Source: Dimorphilus gyrociliatus | Taxonomy: Eukaryota > Animalia > Annelida | Assembly: GCA_904063045.1 (NCBI GenBank) | Contig: CAJFCJ010000006.1 | Coordinates: 4,108,408 to 4,172,407 of the forward strand | Length of the DNA stretch: 64,000 bases | Reading direction: 5' to 3' | Part shown: positions 55,994-64,000 of the stretch, in pieces | How positions within the stretch are numbered: the first letter of the stretch is position 1 | How the letters are laid out: each line of letters opens with the position of its first letter | Program-made: the position numbers and the translations under genes | Notes under the pieces: model-generated | What the model was told of the DNA's origin: nothing | Database searches by the model: none | What the model saw: the letters and a program-made list of their open reading frames with translations, nothing else

Positions 55994-56463
55994 CTTTTTT
56001 TAAAAATTAGTCAATGACAAGCTTTATAAAATAGAAACTAGTAGAGTATTCAAAAAGAAAATCATTTCAATAGTGACATCTGGTTGATGTGGATAGTATT
56101 AATATAAACAAATTATGTTATATTAATAATTTATATTATATATAAGGTTAAATTTTTTTAATATTAAGTAAAATATATCATTTCTAATAAATTAATATAT
56201 TTTCCTTATAAAGATTGAACTTAAAAACGGAAGAAGAGAAGAGTAAAGGGAAAAGAAAAGAAAGTCAAAAAAGTTGTAGAATAATTGTTAAAAACAAACT
56301 AAATAGAAAAAGGAGACTTTAACCAATATTTAACCGGATAAAATATTAAAAATAAATAGACGTCAATAGATAACAAACAATGTTTTTTTTTTAATTTTTT
56401 ATAGAATAATTTGTATTTTTCAAAAAAAAGAAATATATTCAAAGAAAAATATTAAATATAGCG

Positions 56464-59400
56464 TCATTCTTCATTTTTATGTAATTTTAGTGCATTATAG
56501 ACTGAAATTGGAGTTACAACCGATCTCCTTATAAGACCGATAACTTTTTCAACTGTCGGTCTCTTGTCAGGATCAATCGATTCGAGAGAAGTTTCATGGT
56601 TGACTTGCGTTACTTTAAGAAATCCTTTCGCTAAGGCATCAACTAGGAAAACCTTTTCTCCTGTTTTGTTATTAATATATTCAGCGGTCTTAGGATCTAA
56701 AAGACCTCTTTCAATAGCTTCTTGGAACGGAACAGAAACTCTATTCTTTTGATCTACTACTGCACGAATGCAATAAGATTCAACAGCCTCTTCTTCCGTA
56801 TGAGTATCGTTTGACTCCTCGTGCTCAATTGAAACTAAACCGCTTCTGATTGCTTTCTCTAAGGATATTTGTTCTTCTAGAGTCTGATAAACTCCTTCCG
56901 ATTCGTTTAAAATGTGAAGTTTTCTTGCTTCATCTGCCCCTATCCATTTTCCGTTATGCAAGCATTCTTTAATATGAAAGTTTCTACAATCTAGTAAAGT
57001 TTGAATAGTCACCAGACCAAAATCTTTACTCTCTTCTGCACCTTCTATCTCGTCTACTTGTTTCAAGAGAATCAGTCCCATTTTAACGGCTTCTTGTATA
57101 GTCATTGACAACCTTTTACCTTGCCTCTCGGGGTTTATGTACTTTCCAGTTTGTAAGTGTATTATACCCTTACTAATTGCTTCCTCGAGAGAAAACTCCT
57201 CCACGGCATTGTTCGGATTGAGAATACCACGAATAACGAATTTCTTTTCCGTTTCTTTCTTGGTTGATCTCAAATTATCTGTCGCTATAAGTTGACGCTT
57301 TATGGAACATAAAATTCTCCAATCAAGCCTGGTGCTTGAAGTTGCTTTATAATTCATTGATTTAACCGGAGTCGGTCTACTTCTATGCTCTTTTCTTATA
57401 TAGGAAGGTAAAGATTTCGATCTTCTTCGCCGAATAGAAGATCTATTTTGGAAATCTCGTATAATTATCGCTCCTTGCCAAGCGTTTTCTATTTGATCAT
57501 CCGATCCGTCAGTAACATCCAATTCATCATTGGCAGTTGTCTTGGAATAAACTTGAGATTTTCTGGAATCTCGAAGTGTTTTTGAGGTTATAGCAGAAGT
57601 GTTGGAATGATTAAACGTTGTTTTAATTACATTATTAACGCCGTTAAAATCATTGAGAGAGAGATCTTTTGAAGAATCTATGATAGATTCAGGATTCTTA
57701 ACAGAATTATCCTCAAGCTTAATCTTTTTATCCTCATCAGTAAAATCGATACAACACCTGTAATCCTCTTGATTGAGATCAATAGTCTGTGCTTTACTTT
57801 GATCTTTTAAAAGAGTATCAACATCAGCTGATTGGAATGTTGTAGGTTTTGCATTTTCCGTTCTATTTACTCCTTGCTTTGCAAGTATATTTTTTTTTAG
57901 ATTATGCTTTTTATCGTTTTCTTTCGCTGTCTTAGAGTTTTGCTTATTAACGTTAACAATCTTTTCAGTCGAGTTCCCGGATACCATTCCAGTTTCATAA
58001 AGTCTATGATTATTTGTTAGCTTAGTTTCGGAAGCTACTTTTGAATCACTACTTATATTTGTAAGACTTTCCAATGCTTGTTCGTATTCGTCGCTCGTAC
58101 TTGAGATTTCCGATTCAATACCTTTTAATAAATGATTCTTACCAATTCTTCTAAATGAGGAATCTTCAAGTGCAAGTTTTTTATGGCTACATGGTGTCGA
58201 ATAAGCGGACGATTTGAATCCTAGCATGGGTGAGTCTAAATATTCTTTGGCAAGCACGTAGTCGTCGCTTACACTCGATACTTCGGAGGCAAGCTCTCTT
58301 CCAATTCCAGATATTGAAATTTTTAAAGGATTCTCAATTATATTAGATTGTTCGATTTCGGCATTAGAATCAGATTTATGTTCCGAAAAATTGATTACAT
58401 TTGAACCATGAATACTACGATTAAATTGCTCTTTTTCCTCATTAGTACTACTTTGGCGAGGGTTTAACTCGTCTAATTTTTCTATATGATTATTAAAATT
58501 ATCACTAAAATCTTGGGTAGATAAACTATCATATCCCTTATCTAATTCCCCATCTCTGTCTATCGAATTTTCAAAACTCTTATCCTTACCAGAATCCTGG
58601 TTCTCTTTTGTCTGTATTCCATCTTCAAACAAGGTGTTAGCCTTGTTTTGGGTTTCGTTTTCGACATTACCTATGGGATCCACATTTGTATGCATAATAT
58701 TACTGCCTAAGTCTGCTCTACCTGCCAAAAACTCTTTACTATAGTTTTCAACATTTTCTTTATTTTCACTTATATCCATCCTTTGCAAACTATCATTCTC
58801 CTTAAAATCAGAAGTAGTTTCCTTTTTGTAACTATTTAACGAGTGTTCCGAATACTTCGACTTGGTTAATTTATCTATATTACTGCAGCTATTTCTTAGT
58901 TTACTTCTTCTTAATTCTAATCGCTGATATCGATCTTCGTCATCATCGAGTCTAGCAGTATCTTTACGCTCTTCATTTGGAGATTCGTTTGTAGGTATTT
59001 CAACATTAGATCGTAATTTCTTTGATTTTCCTTTCTTAAAGAAGGGGAAATTATTTTTCCTTTTTTTATCTTTATCTTTATCCGAGTTTTTCGTTTTTGA
59101 GAAGGTTTTTTTCCATTTCTCTTTTAAAATTTTTGCAAAATCATTTTTCTTTCCTTTTTCGGATTCTTTTTCCGGTTTATTGGAGTTAAATGGTTCTTGA
59201 TGATCAATGTTCGATGAGATTAAAGAATTTTTAGCCACATTAGATATGTTCGAGTTATTACTATTAAGTGGTATTTTGTCGTTATCTTCTTCGATTGTTA
59301 ATTTAAGTGCCGACTCGAAACTTCTATTTCTTTTCAAATTGATCGAATTTGACCTATCCGAGAGTATAGAATATGGGCTCTCATCGATTTGACTCTTAGA

Positions 59401-62064
59401 AATAGAAGCATTCTGTTCCTCTGAAGGTAATTTATCTTGATCATTAACTGCGTTCAATTCAGGCTCTTGACAGTCATTCTCGTTCGTCAAATGGTCGTCT
59501 TTAAATTCGTTGGTATCAATATTAACCTTTTCCCTTGGAATATCTAGTTTCAAAGTAGGACTTGGAAGTTGAATAGTTTTTGAATATTCACTATCCACAA
59601 CAATATCTGGCTCAATAGTGTTTGCTTTTAAAACAATATCAATAACGTCAGCCTGTTCATTATCGAAAGATGAATATGTCTCAGAAGAATTCTTAAATGC
59701 AGTATTTTGACAATGACTAAGTATCGGTAATTCATCTCCAACTAGTATATCAGTCGATGAATTATCTGGACTATCTTGGTTCGGGAGAAGAGATTCAGTT
59801 TCGTTATCTGAAGAAAAGCTATGAACACTTCTATTGGCAGTTTGTTTGTCTAGGAATCCATCACTTGAGTAGCTCCCATTACTGTTCGTGCTGTTGGCTT
59901 GTATATTTAAATCTAATCCATTACTTCCGGTATCTACAGCTTCTGAAATATTCCAACCTTCCATTTTATTTTGAGAGTAAATAATATTTTTCGTTTCTAA
60001 TTGATCTTTGCCGCTGTCTTTTTTAGGTTGATCATTGATTATATATGTATTACGTGAGCTAATCCCGGAATAAGGGTATTTCTTTTCCATTTTTAGGTCT
60101 TCCTTTATCATTTCACGCACGCGCTTAGAATTTTTCCGTTTCTTAATAGATTTTAGTTCGTGAGAGTTTTCAAGTTTTGCTTTGGATTTAGGACATGCAG
60201 TCTCAAATCTAACGTATTTTGGTTTATCCGTAGAGATTGGTATATTATTTAGTTTCTGTAACCTTTTTAAGAATTTACTTCTTTCAGTTAAATATTTTTT
60301 GGAATTTCTTCTGATAATATTTTTACTTTCACTTGTTCGTAGAGATGTTGTTGATTGGCCAATATCATTTTTATCTTTATAGGTGATAAATTGAACTTTT
60401 TCCGTTTCCGTCAAAGTCATTTTCATCTCTAAATATCTAATATTTCGTCTCCTATTATCTTTTTGCAAATCGTTTAAATGTTCTACAACCAGAATAGGCT
60501 TAGATAACTCAGCCAGGGACGATTTATAATCATCGTATTGTTTCGTGAACGATTCAAAACATAATGTTGCTTTGTCAAGATAGGCTATAGTCTCTATTAT
60601 ATTCTCGTTTGCTTTACAATCAACTAATTCTCGTTCTAAGCTGAACAAAGCCTTGTGTAATTTGGATATATCGAAATTTGACGGAAATTTGACAACGACT
60701 TCATTCAATCTTTTAAATCTTCTTGATACTCTGTCACGGTTTCCAGCTTTAGTAGGTTTTACTTTTCTCTTCCAATCATAAGCCGTATGCTTTGAATTAT
60801 AAGCGACTGACTGAACGAGCGCAGAACGAAACCTTTTCCAAGAATCGTTTAAGACTGCCAACAAGACTAGTTGCAACCTCTCTGTAGCATTTTTAGCGGA
60901 CAGGTCCGGAGATGGAATAATACAAGATAGAGCGGGTATAAGACCTTCGTCACCTTTAGAGGTTTTTACTTTAACTCTTTCACCTTGCGCTTCCTCAATA
61001 AAAAACTCCTCTCCTTTAGACAATTGAACATTTCCACTTTTTATTGAACACAAGCTGAGAAAACGCTTGTGTATAATTGGCTCTCCAGAAACCATAATAC
61101 ACTGTCCCCTTTCACGTAACTCGATAACCTTGTCACGCCAATCATTCGTTCTTTTAATTTGAGTTTGAAGACTATCAAAAAGGAATTTTGAATTGAGAAA
61201 AGTTTGTCCTCTTTCAGGCGTGAAGATTGTTAAAATTGAACTCATTTCCTTTTCGCATTTTGTTATTTCTTTAAAGAATTCTTGAACTGTCTCCTATTGA
61301 AAAGAAGATTTTTAAAAACTTAATAATTATATCAAAAAGAGAAAAATGTTTCATATATTTTCTATTGAAACATGTTTTTAAATATTAAAACTTTCTTCAT
61401 ACAAAAAGAGAGAATTAGTAATATTTCGAAAGATATTTTTCTCACGATTTCTAGACCAAAAAGAGGGAGAGTTTTTTTTTCTTTTTTTACCTTGAAAAAG
61501 GTAATAAATTAAAGATTGTATTTAATATATTACTTTATTATTGTTTATTATAATATATTGTTCAAATATATAGTAATATATTCAAGGGTGTATCGTAAAA
61601 AGGGTGAAAGAAAAAATTCTGTTTTATTATCAAAGATCAGTTAATCTATTGTTATTGGAGGATATCAGTTGTTGTCCACCAATTGGAACAATCATTGATA
61701 ATTTGCCTAGTTGTATATATATATATTGAAAAAGTGCAACAGAATAGCAAAATATACAAAGAGAGAGAAGAAAAATTAATATTTGGGATTAGATATAGGA
61801 ACTAATGAGTCTAAAAAGAAAAAAGCATGCAGAATAAAACTTACAATAGGCAATTCATTGCGAACTATTGGCATTGAAATTTTCTTCTAAAAAATAAAGG
61901 AGCAGGAAAAAAAAAACAAGTTTATAAAATTTTTTATAAGCCAACAGCTAAAGTGAAATAAGCAGACTAAATAATAATAATTAACATATATTAATCATTA
62001 TATACTGCATAATAGACTACATTTTAAATAAATTATTTACCTCATCTATTTCCATTCTATCCAT
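56464..62064 (-). CDS. Plakin-derived protein: plakin-type SH3 region + long low-complexity linker + C-terminal plectin-type repeats
   Basis: A giant exon 61293-56464 is probably preceded by exon 62064-62041 (MDRMEIDE, gtaaat donor, phase 0). SLCSIKSGNVQLSKGEE...VKVKTSKGDEGLIPALSCIIPSPD resembles the SH3 insert of plakin domains. The C-terminal FSLEEAISKGII..GKY.NP, ISLEKAIRSGLV and VPFQEAIERGLLDPKT..Y.N.KTGEKV.L.DA..KGFL segments resemble plectin repeats. Confidence 0.75.
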
Positions 62065-63760
62065 TGGGTGGGACGATGGCAATGAGCAGGAGGAAGAAGA
62101 AGAAGGTGGAGAAGAGGAGGTGGTGACTATCTGCATAAATTGCATCCGGTTAAATAAAGATACACATTTATATTAACCAATAGGAAGACGTTGTAACATA
62201 CTTGACTTTGTTGCTTGTGTAATAGGTAAACATTGTTATTCAGTGTATTGTTATCCTAGAAATGAAAAGTTAAAGAAAATAATAAATAGTTAGACTACAA
62301 AGCTTTCGTATATAAACAATAATTATATTATCAACAGAATGCGAAACACAGTTATTCTTATTAATCTTGCTGCTTACCGACTCAAAATCTGTCATTATAA
62401 TTTTACGAAGAACGTCATTGAACTGTTTAAGGGTAGATCATATGAGCGATTTCAATGCGAAAATATACCTTGAAAGAGCACATTGTTCACGTTGTGAATG
62501 GGCGAAAACTACGAAAAGAAGGTCTCGATATGTTTGTGAAAGGTTTTTACACTGTACTTGCAAGCGTGCTGCGCATATTCTCTCTGTACTGCAACAGGGC
62601 AGCTGCAATATGGTTTAAGTTTCCTATCTAGGCCTATGGATTAGCACAACAGCGCTTTAGTGTATTGGTCTATAGCATTAATTATATTATACTATTTCGT
62701 TACATTCAATTATAGCTGTGGGCCCTTTTATCATACTTGTGGATTGAGGCCTATCAGTTACCGTTCTCTCACTTTGATACTCTTTAAGTATTCTAGTAAA
62801 AAGTTTAAGTAAACTATTAATTCTCTTTCACATTGTAGTCCTAAATAACATTTCTCTTTCAAGTTTTACATATTTCTCGTCTAGAACAATCTCTTAAGCA
62901 ATTATTACTTATTGTTCAAACTGTTAAGGTTTATAATGGAAATAGAAGATATTTTTAAATCTACAGATTTTTTATTGCCTATTTTTATATTATATTTGTA
63001 ATATTTATATTTATAGAATTTTATATAAATAATACTCTATTTCTAAGTTAAATACAGGTCTAGGCTAAACACTGCATACAGACGGATGTTACGCCATCTA
63101 TAGTCTATGGAACTTTTCGATTTTTATTGACAACTATAAAAAAGAACATTTCAAATAGAATTACAAGATGAATAGAATCAACTTACTGCTAAATTGTTCA
63201 TATAAAAGAATTTTACGGTAAATTGAGATTTAAGTAGCATTTTATTACAATATTTCCTTCCAAATGTCATTTTAATAATATTTTAATATTCTACCTAAAA
63301 AATTTCCCAAACCTTTCTTTAGAGGGAACAAAGTATTTTAATTCAATTTTTTTCCCTTAATATTAATAAGTTATCGAAGGCTGACTCAAGTTTTTACAAT
63401 ATAACTATTTTTTAATTAAAAATAGGTCAGGAAAAAAATTATTAAAATTGTTAAAAAATAAAAAGCAAAAATAAATTACAAGTAAATAAATGACCTTCAC
63501 CTTTAAAAAATATATACATTTATTTACATATTTTAACCACCCTCTAATAAAATTTTATATTAATGAGGTGACAAATAGAGATAGAAAAGAGTAAATCAAT
63601 TAAAGTTTCACCTTACGAAAGTATGTTGATTTGGCGTATAGTTAGAAAATTAGAAGAGTTACCATTAAACGAAAATTACGTGATGATAATAAATACAGTA
63701 TATACTGTATATATATATACTAATATATACAAGGTTAAGTACAAATAACAATTAGATGGC

Positions 63761-64000
63761 CTATTCTTCCTTTCTAGATGCTTCTTTAAAAGCTTTAATA
63801 ACTTTTAAACTGCCAAATATCTTCTTTTTAATGACATTTGTCTTATCAATTACCATTCGATTGGATGGTTCCACTTCTAAACTGTTAGGGTTTTCAACTT
63901 TATTCGCTTTTAAAAAACCTCTAGCCAAAGCCTCTGGAAAATTTAACTTTTCATTTGTACTTGTATCGATGAATACTCCGTTATCCTTATCAATTATTCC
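63761..64000 (-). CDS. 3' end of a second plectin-repeat gene, paralogue of 56464-62064; continues beyond the window
   Basis: Hand translation GIIDKDNGVFIDTSTNEKLNFPEALARGFLKANKVENPNSLEVEPSNRMVIDK..VIKKKIFGSLKVIKAFKEASRKEE* aligns colinearly with GLLDPKTAEYINNKTGEKVFLVDALAKGFLKVTQVNHETSLESIDPDKRPTVEK...VYNALKLHKNEE*. Confidence 0.8.
   Translation of the reverse strand, partial: GIIDKDNGVFIDTSTNEKLNFPEALARGFLKANKVENPNSLEVEPSNRMVIDKTNVIKKKIFGSLKVIKAFKEASRKEE

Overview
This is AT-rich (roughly 30% GC by eye) animal genomic DNA in the standard code, with very short GT-AG introns (mostly about 55-100 nt) and tight gene packing. Gene content and intron positions fit a compact-genome bilaterian invertebrate; it resembles a miniaturised annelid-type genome, but that is inference. 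Genes reconstructed by hand across introns: COPB2 (5' part), TMEM107, ADI1, EMC10, NSRP1/CCDC55, CDKL5-like kinase, ubinuclein, a DLC1/STARD13 RhoGAP, LANCL, an NADPH-dependent FMN/quinone reductase, DUOX, DUOXA, a ~1600-aa PAN/C-type-lectin/TSP1 membrane protein, and two tandem plakin-derived genes. The RhoGAP has several candidate alternative first exons inside a ~14 kb regulatory region. A decayed Tc1-family transposase lies between ADI1 and EMC10. No rRNA, tRNA, CRISPR array or prokaryotic DNA was recognised. The best leads are: a compact LANCL-FMN reductase-DUOX-DUOXA redox cluster; a hidden DLC first exon encoding a myristoylation plus polybasic motif behind its own CRE/TATA cluster; the mosaic lectin receptor; and the 'mini-plakin' tandem pair. 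All family calls come from remembered motif similarity, not database searches. I cannot claim that any finding is truly undescribed.
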